Part shown: piece by piece, positions 18,061 through 26,571 of the stretch | Position numbering within the stretch: the stretch's first letter is position 1 | How the letters are laid out: each line of letters opens with the position of its first letter | Source: Desulfurococcales archaeon | GTDB taxonomy: Archaea > Thermoproteota > Thermoprotei_A > Sulfolobales > NBVN01 | Assembly: GCA_026986435.1 (NCBI GenBank) | Contig: JALSOP010000035.1 | Location: 1 to 57,163 of the forward strand | DNA length: 57,163 bases | Direction of reading: 5' to 3' | Program-made: the position numbers and the translations under genes | Notes under the pieces: generated by a model | What the model was told of the DNA's origin: nothing | What the model saw: the letters and a program-made list of their open reading frames with translations, nothing else | Databases searched by the model: none

Positions 18061-18618
18061 ATGAAATTCATCGTAGACACGATGCTAGGCAAGCTGGCCA
18101 AGTGGCTGAGGATCCTGGGCTATGACACACTATACTCCAACAAGTACAGCGACTGGGAGATACTGAAGCGGGCTGAGAAGGACGGGCGTATCGTGATCAC
18201 GAGGGACAAGACGCTGTATAAGAAAGCAGTGAAGAAGGGTATTCAAGCGGTCCTAGCACCTTACGGGGACGGCGTGGACCTCGTAGATACGCTGGCGGCC
18301 GTGGCGCTAAGTACGGGAATATCACTGGATTTCGATCCTTCGCAGACTAGATGCCCTGTGTGCAACACCAGGCTCGTGAGGATAAGCAAGGCTGAGGCAT
18401 TATCGTATGTGCTCGAGGATATCTGGCGCAAATACGACGAGTTCTGGCGCTGCCCTAAGTGCGGAAAGGTTTACTGGAGGGGAAGGCACTGGGAGACCAT
18501 AACCGATAAACTGGAGAGAGCTAAGGAGTTAGTGAGGGTGTCGGCTGTTGATGGGAGAAGCAATTATGCCGGAGGAGCTAAGCAGGGATCACGGAGAATT
18601 CCTGGTAAGGCTCGCTAG
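18061..18618 (+). CDS. Mut7-C/DUF82 PIN-like RNase domain protein with C-terminal zinc ribbon
   Basis: MKFIVDTMLGKLAKWLRILGYDT is the hallmark N-terminus, and CPVCN...CPKCGKVYW is the zinc ribbon. The track ORF begins upstream at 17956 and would overlap L35Ae; the ATG at 18061 is preferred. Confidence 0.8.
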   Translation: MKFIVDTMLGKLAKWLRILGYDTLYSNKYSDWEILKRAEKDGRIVITRDKTLYKKAVKKGIQAVLAPYGDGVDLVDTLAAVALSTGISLDFDPSQTRCPVCNTRLVRISKAEALSYVLEDIWRKYDEFWRCPKCGKVYWRGRHWETITDKLERAKELVRVSAVDGRSNYAGGAKQGSRRIPGKAR

Positions 18619-19219
18619 AAAAGCTGTGGAAGAATTCGTAATGAATAGAAGAAAGATCGCACCACCAAGTAATACGCCGAGAGAGCTGTGGAAACCAGGG
18701 GCCTCATTCGTCACCCTTCTTAAACTCGTAGGAGAGAGGACAGAGCTCAGAGGGTGTATTGGATATACAGCAGCGTTCCAACCTCTCGTAGAGAATGTCA
18801 TATCGGCAGCGATCGCTGCCGCCACGCAGGACCCTAGGTTTCCTCCAGTGAAACCCGAGGAGCTTAGCATGATAGTTATTGAGGTATCCGTTCTCTCGCC
18901 CCTCATACAGGTGGCAAAGGAGAACCTTATGGAGGACTTCGTGATCGGGAGGGACGGACTCGTCGTCAAGAGGGGGCTCTATACGGGGCTCTTGCTACCC
19001 GAGGTTCCGGTAGAGTACTGCTGGGATAAGGAGACGTTTCTCAGCGAGACCTGCATGAAGGCCGGTCTCCGCCCTGACTGCTGGCTTGACGAAGATACCG
19101 AAGTATACAGGTTCAGTGCCAGGACGTTCAGGGAGACCCAGCCAGGAGGAGATGTCGTGGAAAGGGATCTGAGGGCCGAGTACGAAAGTAGGTGCCCACC
19201 GGAGGTCTTAGGGAGCTGA
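18566..19219 (+). CDS. AMMECR1 domain protein
   Basis: LRGCIGY hallmark, DPRFPPV and LLPEVP. The ATG at 18566 is preferred over 18548. Confidence 0.85.
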   Translation: MPEELSRDHGEFLVRLARKAVEEFVMNRRKIAPPSNTPRELWKPGASFVTLLKLVGERTELRGCIGYTAAFQPLVENVISAAIAAATQDPRFPPVKPEELSMIVIEVSVLSPLIQVAKENLMEDFVIGRDGLVVKRGLYTGLLLPEVPVEYCWDKETFLSETCMKAGLRPDCWLDEDTEVYRFSARTFRETQPGGDVVERDLRAEYESRCPPEVLGS

Positions 19220-19274
19220 AGAGGTAACGGTCTTATAGGATTAGCTCCTTCACTTCCCTAAAGAAGGGGAGTGC

Positions 19275-19967
19275 TTGGCGGTCACTAGTGCCGAGAACGT
19301 CAAGGTAGCTGAAGGAGTGAGGGGGATAAGGGTTAGGTTAATTGCTATCTCTCGACCCATTGAGGGTGACGATCCCCGCAGGCTCATCGTCCTCGCCGTC
19401 AAGACCTCCGCGGGCAAGGTCAAGGAGAAAGGGGCTGAGTATTACCTCAAGCATTACCCCGATGAGAAGGTCGGTATGTGGGTCATAGCCGCGGCTAGGG
19501 GCTTTCCGTCGGTGCTCGAGCACGTGGTGATGACCTTCCTCATAGAGGGTTGTTCGAGGGTGTGCACGCACCAGCTCGTGAGGCACAGGATAGCATCGTA
19601 CACGCAGGAATCACAGAGGTACTCAGCTATCGAGCCCTCATTTGTTCTCCCGGAATCTATTGAGCGGGCAGGTCTGGGCGGGGATTACTTGGCTCTGCTC
19701 GAGGAGGCTAATCGCCTGTATCTGAAGGCTCTGGAGAGGGGGGTGCCCTACGAGGACGCAAGATATGCCCTGCCGCAGGGCATTACATCCAGGCTCGTAA
19801 TGACCGTTAATCTGAGGGAGCTGCTCCACATAGCGTGCCTGAGAACTGCGAGGGAGGCTCAGTGGGAGACCAGGTACGTGGTCAGCAGAATGATGGAGGA
19901 GGCCGCGAGAGTGGTTCCAGAGATAGAGGAGGCGGTTAAGGTGTACTGCAGGGATGGTGACGTATGA
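19275..19967 (+). CDS. thyX: Flavin-dependent thymidylate synthase
   Basis: 230 aa. ThyX motif QLVRHRIASYTQESQRY (RHRxxSxxxxSxR). Confidence 0.9.
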   Translation: MAVTSAENVKVAEGVRGIRVRLIAISRPIEGDDPRRLIVLAVKTSAGKVKEKGAEYYLKHYPDEKVGMWVIAAARGFPSVLEHVVMTFLIEGCSRVCTHQLVRHRIASYTQESQRYSAIEPSFVLPESIERAGLGGDYLALLEEANRLYLKALERGVPYEDARYALPQGITSRLVMTVNLRELLHIACLRTAREAQWETRYVVSRMMEEAARVVPEIEEAVKVYCRDGDV

Positions 19968-20494
19968 TCCTCTCGGATTTTGACCTTAAGGCATATATAG
20001 AGTCAGGAAGGCTCAAGATAGAGCCTTTCTTCAACGACACGATAAGGGAGAACGGGCTTGACCTCAGGCTCGGGCGCGGGTACTGTAAGCTGAGGCCGGG
20101 GGAGGTGGTCGTTGTTGAGGAGGGCAAGGACGTGAGCCACGCGTACGAGTGTGGTTTGTCGGATGACTTCATCGAGCTGGAGCCCGGTGGGAGGTACCTC
20201 CTGCACACGCTCGAGGTCGTTGCCCTGCCCCCCGAGCTGATGGCGTTCGTGGAGCTGAGGTCGACCTTCGCTCGCCTCGGGCTCATGATGCCGCCTACAA
20301 TAATAGATGGGGGCTTCGAGGGCCAGATAACCATCGAGGTCCTTGCCCCGCCGTTCCACCTTAAGCTCCCGGTGATGGCGAGGTTCCTTCACCTGGTGTT
20401 CGCTAAGTTGACGACGCCCGTCACTAAGCCGTATAAGGGGAAGTACCAGGGTCAGAGGGGAGTCACGCCCCCGATCCTTAAGGGTATCACGTAG
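19964..20494 (+). CDS. dcd: dCTP deaminase (possibly bifunctional dCTP deaminase/dUTPase)
   Basis: 176 aa. MILSDFDLKAYIESGRLKIEP, GLDLRLG and IDGGFEGQITIE. ATGA overlap with thyX. Confidence 0.88.
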   Translation: MILSDFDLKAYIESGRLKIEPFFNDTIRENGLDLRLGRGYCKLRPGEVVVVEEGKDVSHAYECGLSDDFIELEPGGRYLLHTLEVVALPPELMAFVELRSTFARLGLMMPPTIIDGGFEGQITIEVLAPPFHLKLPVMARFLHLVFAKLTTPVTKPYKGKYQGQRGVTPPILKGIT

Positions 20495-20501
20495 GGTGTC
20501 T

Positions 20502-20843
20502 TTATGTGTGGAAAAACTTCTCTACGTCCTTTCTTGACTGCCCGGGCATCGCCGGCATCTTTATCTCTCCGAACCTCTGCTCGTACTCCCTAACCTTAGC
20601 GACCATCATGTTAGCCAGTGCCTTGAACTGGAGGGGGGAGAGCTTTATCTCTATGAGGAGCTCCCTCACTATCTTCTCCACACTCATCGTGCCATCGGGG
20701 TTTGTGGAGGGCACTATTCTGTCGACAAAGAATATTATCGAGCCCTCGCCCGGGTTAAGCGTGCCTATGGCGCCTGTGGCGTGAACGGTCTTGTACCCCT
20801 CGGACTCCTTCGTCTCGAACCTTGGTAAGGGCACTCTGAACAC
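20502..20843 (-). CDS. Hypothetical conserved protein (possibly DUF3467-like)
   Basis: 113 aa with natural composition. The family call is a weak recollection only. Confidence 0.45.
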   Translation of the reverse strand: MFRVPLPRFETKESEGYKTVHATGAIGTLNPGEGSIIFFVDRIVPSTNPDGTMSVEKIVRELLIEIKLSPLQFKALANMMVAKVREYEQRFGEIKMPAMPGQSRKDVEKFFHT

Positions 20844-20871
20844 CGTTACCTATCCTCTGCAGGGCTATTAA

Positions 20872-20933
20872 GCCGGTCAGGGGGCTCCTAAGTCATCACT
20901 GAGGTCGGTGACCGCCACACACATCATCCCGGC
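20872..20933 (-). ncRNA. Box C/D sRNA
   Basis: The minus strand reads GCCGG-G-ATGATGT(C)-12 nt GTGTGGCGGTCA-CCGA(D')-CCTCA-GTGATGA(C')-12 nt CTTAGGAGCCCC-CTGA(D)-CCGGC. There is a 5-bp terminal stem GCCGG/CCGGC. Confidence 0.7.
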
Positions 20934-20951
20934 TACTCACTAAGGTTACTC

Positions 20952-22907
20952 CTATCCTAGATAATTAGTTAGAGCGTTGTATCCCGCTACCAAGCCTTTC
21001 CCCGGTAGGGTAAACGCGTCCACACCGACCTCTCTAGCTGCACTATATAGGAGACCGAGATAGTACACCTTATCGATTCTTACCCCCTCCTTTACGTGTG
21101 TGACGGGTAACGGGCCCGCTTGGGTCATGACGTACTTCACAACCCCTCCCATAAGACCCGCGCGTGCGGCAGCGAGTGCCTGGGGAACCCTCCTAGGGGT
21201 GGGGGACGACCTCTTCGTTATTACTAGGTCGGCGAGAGATACCTCGTCATTGAGGAGTAGTGATGCCTTTTCAGCGAAGAGCGCTGACGCTGATGAGAGG
21301 GCTTCCTCGTACTCTCTTGGGTTCCGGGCCGATGCGAGGATCGTTAGTGCTTCGCTCTGTGCGTCCTTAACGAATTTGGGTGTGTCCCTCCTAACCATTG
21401 CGAGCCCCTTGACCTTGACCCGCCCCTCCGCTGTGAGGCCGAAGTACTTGTTCGCCGCACCACGCAACCCGTCCTTGATGGCTGGTATCGTTAGCCACAC
21501 ATACCTTGACTCAACCCTTATTGATAGACCGGTGACCATCTCGATCTCTGCCGCCACCTCCTCGGGTTGCGGGACACTAGGGCTCGCTGGCTGTATGAAT
21601 ATTGAGTCAACTATCGAGTGTATGACCCTGTACCCCATCTTCTCAGCGACTGCCTCAGCCTTCAGAAGCGTGTGCCTAGCGATCGAGGTCACGTTCTCGT
21701 ACGCCTGTATAGAGCCGAAGAGCGAGTTCCTGTAGCCTAGGTAGCCGAACGCAGCGACCAGCAACCACTTAACGGCGTCCGCTCTCTTAACAAGCCCCGC
21801 ATCCTTCTGCATGGCTCTCCTCCAGATGAGCTTCCTCAGCACGGACGGCACCACGCCCTCCTTATCCATGCAGACCGGGTGTATCCCGCCCTCCGGTACT
21901 GTCCCTCCCCGGCAGGCCACGCCCACGGTCTCGGCCGAGAGATTATGCTTCACTATTATGCTCGGGTAGAGGCTGTTGAAGTCCAGCTGCGCCACGCCCC
22001 AGTAGGTACCCGGCTCCGGCACCCTCCCGCCGCCGGCGAGATCGGCTGCTGCCAGTTCCCAGACCTTTCTCCAGCCCTCGATCCTGGGTGTTGAGGGGTC
22101 GAGTATGTAGCCCCTCCTCATCGCCTCTGCAGCCTCCGCTGTTGTGAGCACCTTACCGATGGGGGCCGCAGCCGCCTCTGGGAGGGGTAGGCCGGAGATC
22201 CTTGACCACTCTATCACGCCCTCCATTGAGCCAGCGAGCGGTGGCTCCATAACGATCCATTCGTCACTGTCTAGTCCGGGGAACAGCGCCCTGTCCTCGA
22301 ATCTGGCGATGACTACGTGGGGCCTGCAGTACCTCACTCCATCAACAACCTCCTCCGGCCTCGCAACGAACTCCTCTTCACCACACCTAATCATTACTCC
22401 CCCGACCCTGTCGCCGAGTATGGCAGGCCCGTGCCAGGCAAGCGCTGTGACCTCAGCGTAGCGTATGCTGGGGGTTTCGTAGAGTGGGTCATCGATGTCT
22501 TCGAGGGGGGATACCCTCCCAGATTCTACGCTCACTAGTGAGCCAGGCGGTGTGTTGTTCATCCTGAGGGCGACGGCAAGCTTATGCACCCTGTTGACCT
22601 CCCTGCCAATCCCGCGGGCCTCGAGCCAGTGCACGACTCTCGCCAGCGCCCTCAGGTCATCGCTCGCTAGCATCAGCACCCGTACCCTAACCTTGTAGTC
22701 GGGCGGCGCGAGCATCTCCTCCACCAACGCCTCCACTGAGTCCTCGCTAGACATGATCTGCTCCGCCAGTATCTGTGGGTCCGGCCTCGTCAGCACGTGG
22801 GCTGAGTACCTGATACGGGCCTTGACCCTCGCCAGGCCGTGCTCCGTGGTGAGAACCAGCTCCGTGCCCTCTGTTGCAGGTGATGCATCTATGAGGTACC
22901 CCTCCAC
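20952..22907 (-). CDS. Family B DNA polymerase, PolB3-like (short N-terminal region, degenerate motif C)
   Basis: Motif A DFNSLYPSII, motif B KWLLVAAFGYLGYRNSLFG. The motif C position reads YRVIHSIVDSIF instead of Y.DTDS. The track ORF extends to 23009, but its first 34 aa (MRLPRRRRLPLRPTLRPSGG...) look like non-coding translation. GTG at 22907 gives VEGYLIDASPATEGTELVL, a typical PolB N-terminus. Confidence 0.8.
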   Translation of the reverse strand: MEGYLIDASPATEGTELVLTTEHGLARVKARIRYSAHVLTRPDPQILAEQIMSSEDSVEALVEEMLAPPDYKVRVRVLMLASDDLRALARVVHWLEARGIGREVNRVHKLAVALRMNNTPPGSLVSVESGRVSPLEDIDDPLYETPSIRYAEVTALAWHGPAILGDRVGGVMIRCGEEEFVARPEEVVDGVRYCRPHVVIARFEDRALFPGLDSDEWIVMEPPLAGSMEGVIEWSRISGLPLPEAAAAPIGKVLTTAEAAEAMRRGYILDPSTPRIEGWRKVWELAAADLAGGGRVPEPGTYWGVAQLDFNSLYPSIIVKHNLSAETVGVACRGGTVPEGGIHPVCMDKEGVVPSVLRKLIWRRAMQKDAGLVKRADAVKWLLVAAFGYLGYRNSLFGSIQAYENVTSIARHTLLKAEAVAEKMGYRVIHSIVDSIFIQPASPSVPQPEEVAAEIEMVTGLSIRVESRYVWLTIPAIKDGLRGAANKYFGLTAEGRVKVKGLAMVRRDTPKFVKDAQSEALTILASARNPREYEEALSSASALFAEKASLLLNDEVSLADLVITKRSSPTPRRVPQALAAARAGLMGGVVKYVMTQAGPLPVTHVKEGVRIDKVYYLGLLYSAAREVGVDAFTLPGKGLVAGYNALTNYLG

Positions 22908-23071
22908 AGGCGCTCCCTCGCCAAGCAGATCATGACGCCGATGAGCACTGCCTCCAGAGGGTCTGAGAGTGGGACGAAGCGGTAGGCGTCGGCGGCGCGG
23001 GAGGCGCACTGGAGCAGTTTCTTAGCGACCTCCCTGTCCTCCGGGTCCTTGAGGGCGTTCGCTACCTTCAT
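22889..23071 (-). CDS. Small alpha-helical hypothetical protein between the RecA-like gene and PolB3
   Basis: 60 aa from the ATG at 23071 (79 aa if from 23128). MKVANALKDPEDREVAKKLLQCASRAADAYRF... has plausible composition. Overlaps the preferred PolB3 start by 19 nt. Confidence 0.35.
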   Translation of the reverse strand: MKVANALKDPEDREVAKKLLQCASRAADAYRFVPLSDPLEAVLIGVMICLARERLWRGTS

Positions 23072-23091
23072 GAGGCGGCGGATCTCCGCCT

Positions 23092-23712
23092 CTATAACAG
23101 GCCTAGGTGCGGGGATAGTCCGCCCCACTCCCTCATCACCTCCGCCTTGGGGAGAATGGTTATCCCGGGCGCTCTCCAGGCGTGCTTAACGATTTCTGCC
23201 CCGAACCTCTTCCTGTCGATCTCCCATAGCCTGATCACTGCGTGCATTACGTGGTGGTGGTAGTTCCCGCCCTCCGGCAGGAACCTACCGAACTTGCTCA
23301 CCGTATTGAAGACTGCCACCCTAACCCCCGAGTCGATGAGCTTCTTGATCGCTGCGACGATGGGCGTAACCCTGCTGTACTCCGCAGGGGTTTGTGGGGA
23401 GAAGAGGAAGGGGGTTCTCACCACGACTGTGTCGACCCATTGTGGCACGCTCCTAAGTAGTGTCGGCACGTCCTCTGCGCGGAAGGCTCTAGAGACCTTT
23501 ATTCTGTCGAGGCCGCTGCCGAGGACTTTGGTGAAGTAGCGGAGCATGTAGGGGTTCAGGCCGCCGAAGTCCTGGACAAGCGCTATCGCCACGTCCCCTC
23601 TCCTCGCCCTGCATGCTGTCACCCTATGCATTAGGGTAGTGACTATACTGCCCGCCCCGTAGAACTCGATTGCCCATACCTCGGGTAATGGGGTTATGAA
23701 GCGGTCGAGCAT
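23092..23712 (-). CDS. RecA/RadA/RadB-fold protein with degenerate Walker A and B motifs (hypothetical)
   Basis: 206 aa from the ATG at 23712. AIEFYGAGSIVTT sits where the family has .YG..GSGKT. VDTVVVRTP sits where Walker B hhhhDS is expected. RVAVFNTVSKFG..PEGGNYHHHVMHAVIRLWEIDRKRFGAEIVKH parallels vvvtNQV...P.GG..l.H...i.L.k...R.a.i.k. The track ORF (to 23907) is artificially extended through a tRNA gene. Confidence 0.55.
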   Translation of the reverse strand: MLDRFITPLPEVWAIEFYGAGSIVTTLMHRVTACRARRGDVAIALVQDFGGLNPYMLRYFTKVLGSGLDRIKVSRAFRAEDVPTLLRSVPQWVDTVVVRTPFLFSPQTPAEYSRVTPIVAAIKKLIDSGVRVAVFNTVSKFGRFLPEGGNYHHHVMHAVIRLWEIDRKRFGAEIVKHAWRAPGITILPKAEVMREWGGLSPHLGLL

Positions 23713-23790
23713 GCTGCACGTTATGACCGTCAGCGTGCCCCCATAATAAGCTATGCTTATAAAGTGGTCGTGGAGCCCGTTGTGATTTTG

Positions 23791-23890
<100 letters not shown>

Positions 23891-23927
23891 TCCAAGCCCT
23901 TAAACATGTGTGGGGCTTAAAAGCGTT

Positions 23928-23988
23928 AGTTCAGCAAATCGACCCCTCCTCATAGCGTTGCTCAGGCTACGTCGACGTCATCATCACT
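23928..23988 (-). ncRNA. Box C/D sRNA, 38 nt upstream of tRNA-Lys on the same strand
   Basis: The minus strand reads AGTG-ATGATGA(C)-12 nt CGTCGACGTAGC-CTGA(D')-GCAACGCT-ATGAGGA(C')-12 nt GGGGTCGATTTG-CTGA(D)-ACT. Short terminal stem AGT/ACT. Confidence 0.7.
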
Positions 23989-24042
23989 TCATCTAAACAC
24001 TTACTAAGCTTTTTTCTTAAATGGCATTCGACCAACGAGGGA

Positions 24043-24411
24043 TCACTTACCGAAGGGCAGGAAGTCCGGTATCTCGGCCAGGTTTATTATTGGCACGACT
24101 ACGTAGCCAGGCTTACCGCCCTTTCCTATCTCGACGATCTCGCCTTCGGAGTCCGCCTTCACAAGGAGATAGTTTCCGTCGATCGGGTACTTCCTCTCCG
24201 CGTCGACGTAGTAGTAGATTATCGGGATCCCGTAGAGCCTGTAGTAGTCGCGGAACACCGCGAGGACAGCGTAGATCACATCCTCGCCCTTGAATATCCT
24301 CACTACATAGGTTATCTGCCCCATAGCAACGCTGGAGGCAGCCAGCCTGGCGAGGTCGTTCATGCTGGCGACCCTCACTCCGTACGCCTTGCTTATTTTC
24401 ACGTCCTCCAT
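24043..24411 (-). CDS. Hypothetical protein
   Basis: 122 aa. This frame has natural composition, unlike the overlapping Arg-rich frames at 24113..24421 and 24021..24293. No family recognised. Confidence 0.5.
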   Translation of the reverse strand: MEDVKISKAYGVRVASMNDLARLAASSVAMGQITYVVRIFKGEDVIYAVLAVFRDYYRLYGIPIIYYYVDAERKYPIDGNYLLVKADSEGEIVEIGKGGKPGYVVVPIINLAEIPDFLPFGK

Positions 24412-24450
24412 GGCGAGACACCCTGCTATGGTAGAACTTCTGGTTTCATC

Positions 24451-24463
24451 TATTTTAGGATAA
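24451..24463 (+). promoter_or_regulatory. TATA-box-like element for the oxidoreductase operon
   Basis: TATTTTAGGATAA lies 28-40 nt upstream of the TTG start at 24491. This is consistent with a leaderless or short-leader transcript. Confidence 0.4.
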
Positions 24464-24490
24464 TCTCGAGATCACTCCGAGGGAACAAGC

Positions 24491-25051
24491 TTGGGGCGTT
24501 TTGAGATAAGATGGCACGGCAGGGGCGGCATGGGCGCAGTCACCGCCGCCGAGCTGACTGCCATGGCCGCCGTGAAGGCTGGCTACTACGCTGTCGCCTT
24601 CCCGGAGTTCGGTGCGGAGAGGAGGGGTGCCCCGGTTAAGGCATATACGAGAATTGACGAGGAGCCCATATACGAGAAGACACCTATTGAGGAGCCCGAC
24701 GCCGTAGTAGTACTCGATTCCTCCATGGTTGGGCAGGAGGCGGTCCTCCACGGCCTCAAGAGCAGTGGGTGGTATATAGCCAACACTGCCAAGGACCCGG
24801 AGGAGATCCGGAGAATCATTGGGAGGGATGACGTGAAGGTAGCGACTGTCAACGCCACTAAGCTCGCGATGGAGGTCTTTAAGGCACCTATAGTTAACAC
24901 AGCAATGATCGGTGCTCTCGTCGCCGCGACAGGCATAGTTCCTTTGGAGAAGGTCGAGGAAGCTGTGAGGGACAGGTTCCCCGAGCGCTACGTGGGTCCC
25001 AACATTAAACTCCTCAGGCAGGCATATGAGTCCGTGAGGGTGGTGGTGTGA
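24491..25051 (+). CDS. 2-oxoacid (pyruvate/2-ketoisovalerate):ferredoxin oxidoreductase, gamma subunit
   Basis: 186 aa. FEIRWHGRGGMG N-terminus typical of POR/VOR gamma. First gene of a 4-gene overlapping operon. Confidence 0.9.
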   Translation: MGRFEIRWHGRGGMGAVTAAELTAMAAVKAGYYAVAFPEFGAERRGAPVKAYTRIDEEPIYEKTPIEEPDAVVVLDSSMVGQEAVLHGLKSSGWYIANTAKDPEEIRRIIGRDDVKVATVNATKLAMEVFKAPIVNTAMIGALVAATGIVPLEKVEEAVRDRFPERYVGPNIKLLRQAYESVRVVV

Positions 25052-25372
25052 ATGACCGCTCAACTACCCGGTTGGAAATCCTTGCCCCCCGGCGCTGTCA
25101 TAACAAGGCCGGGGTCAACGGTTGAGTACAAGACGCATGACTGGAGAACCCTGCGGCCGGTCATCGACCAGGAGAGGTGCATTAGGTGCAGGCTCTGCTG
25201 GCTATACTGCCCGGAGGGCACCATAATTGAGCTCGACAAGCCCTACACCACCAAGGCGGGAAGAAAATACACGAGGACCTACGAGATAAACTACGACTAC
25301 TGCAAAGGGTGTGGGATCTGCGCTCAGGAGTGCCCTGCTAAAGCGATAAAAATGATTGAAGAGGTGAGGTGA
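25052..25372 (+). CDS. 2-oxoacid:ferredoxin oxidoreductase, delta subunit (2x[4Fe-4S] ferredoxin-like)
   Basis: 106 aa. CIRCRLCWLYCPEG and CKGCGICAQECP cluster motifs. Confidence 0.9.
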   Translation: MTAQLPGWKSLPPGAVITRPGSTVEYKTHDWRTLRPVIDQERCIRCRLCWLYCPEGTIIELDKPYTTKAGRKYTRTYEINYDYCKGCGICAQECPAKAIKMIEEVR

Positions 25373-26571
25373 GGATGGCGGGCAAGAAGAAGCTACCCCT
25401 CTCAGGCAACACCGCTATAGCATACGCCGCTAAAGCGGCTGATGTCGACGTGATCTCCGCCTACCCAATAACCCCACAAACAACCATCGTGGAGAAGCTC
25501 GCCGAGTTCGTAGCCAACGGCGAGCTGAATGCTGAGGTGATCCATGTCGAGTCCGAGCATTCAGCGCTGTCGGCCGCCGTCGGCGCCTCCGCAGCCGGTG
25601 CGAGGGTGTTCACGGCGTCCTCGTCGCAGGGCATTGCCCTCATGTATGAGATAATGTTCATAGCGTCCTCGATGCGGCTCCCGATAGTCATGGCTATGGC
25701 AACAAGGGCCCTCTCCGCGCCCATCAACATCTGGAACGACCACGGCGACTTCATGGCAGCCTCCGACACCGGGTGGGTCATGATGATGGCCCACACCAAT
25801 CAGGAGGCTCACGACGACGTCATATTGGCTTACAAGATCGCCGAGCACCCGGACGTCCTCCTACCAGTGATCACGGCCATAGACGGGTACTTCATGAGCC
25901 ATACCATTGAGCCTGTCGAGCCTATTGAGAGAGAGGAGGCACTGAAGTTCATACCCAAGAAGGTGACGTGGAGAGTTCTTGACCCCGACAACCCAGTGAC
26001 CATGGGCCCGCTCGGCACGCCCGAGTGGTACTACGAGTTTAAGAGGCAGCAGCATGAGGCGATGAAGAAGGCGAGGGAGGTATTTGATGAAGCAACCAAG
26101 GAGTTCGAGAAGACGTTTGGGAGGAACTACGAGCCCGTTGAGTACTTTATGATGGATGACGCCGAGTACGCCCTCGTCGCGATGGGCAGCGTCGCGGGCA
26201 ACGTGAAGGCATACATAGTTAGGGAGGCAAGGAAGAGGGGCATAAAGCTGGGGCTCATAAGGGTCAAGCTCTTCAGGCCGTTCCCTGCTGAGGAGATAGC
26301 GGAGGTCATAAGCAACCTGAAGGCCGTAGGCGTGATAGACAGGGCCCTAGCCTTCGGCTCATCCTATGGCGGGCCACTCTATGGGGACACACTATCAGCG
26401 GCATACATCAGAGGGATCGATACACCGATAGTGAACTTCGTTGCAGGTCTAGGAGGTAGACCGGTGACGTTCCACGATATCAAGACAATGGTTGACGCCA
26501 CGCTGGCGTTGGACGGGAAGACCAGGAAGGATGTTCCTAAGGAGCCTTACTTTATAGGGGTGAGAGAATGA
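25369..26571 (+). CDS. 2-oxoacid:ferredoxin oxidoreductase, alpha subunit
   Basis: 400 aa. GNTAIAYAA...ISAYPITPQT and the SEHSA block. Confidence 0.9.
   Translation: MRMAGKKKLPLSGNTAIAYAAKAADVDVISAYPITPQTTIVEKLAEFVANGELNAEVIHVESEHSALSAAVGASAAGARVFTASSSQGIALMYEIMFIASSMRLPIVMAMATRALSAPINIWNDHGDFMAASDTGWVMMMAHTNQEAHDDVILAYKIAEHPDVLLPVITAIDGYFMSHTIEPVEPIEREEALKFIPKKVTWRVLDPDNPVTMGPLGTPEWYYEFKRQQHEAMKKAREVFDEATKEFEKTFGRNYEPVEYFMMDDAEYALVAMGSVAGNVKAYIVREARKRGIKLGLIRVKLFRPFPAEEIAEVISNLKAVGVIDRALAFGSSYGGPLYGDTLSAAYIRGIDTPIVNFVAGLGGRPVTFHDIKTMVDATLALDGKTRKDVPKEPYFIGVRE

Noticed and set aside
18548-18618. Overlap between Mut7-C and AMMECR1 ORFs, considered as a possible frameshift or fusion
   Set aside because: Both proteins are complete domains with their own plausible starts. 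The overlap shrinks to about 50 nt with the ATG at 18566, which is normal for this compact genome.
22908-23009. First 34 codons of the PolB3 track ORF (MRLPRRRRLPLRPTLRPSGGSAHRRHDLLGEGAP)
   Set aside because: The Arg/Pro-rich composition is typical of an out-of-frame GC-rich read. It overlaps a better-looking small ORF in another frame. GTG at 22907 yields a canonical PolB N-terminus.
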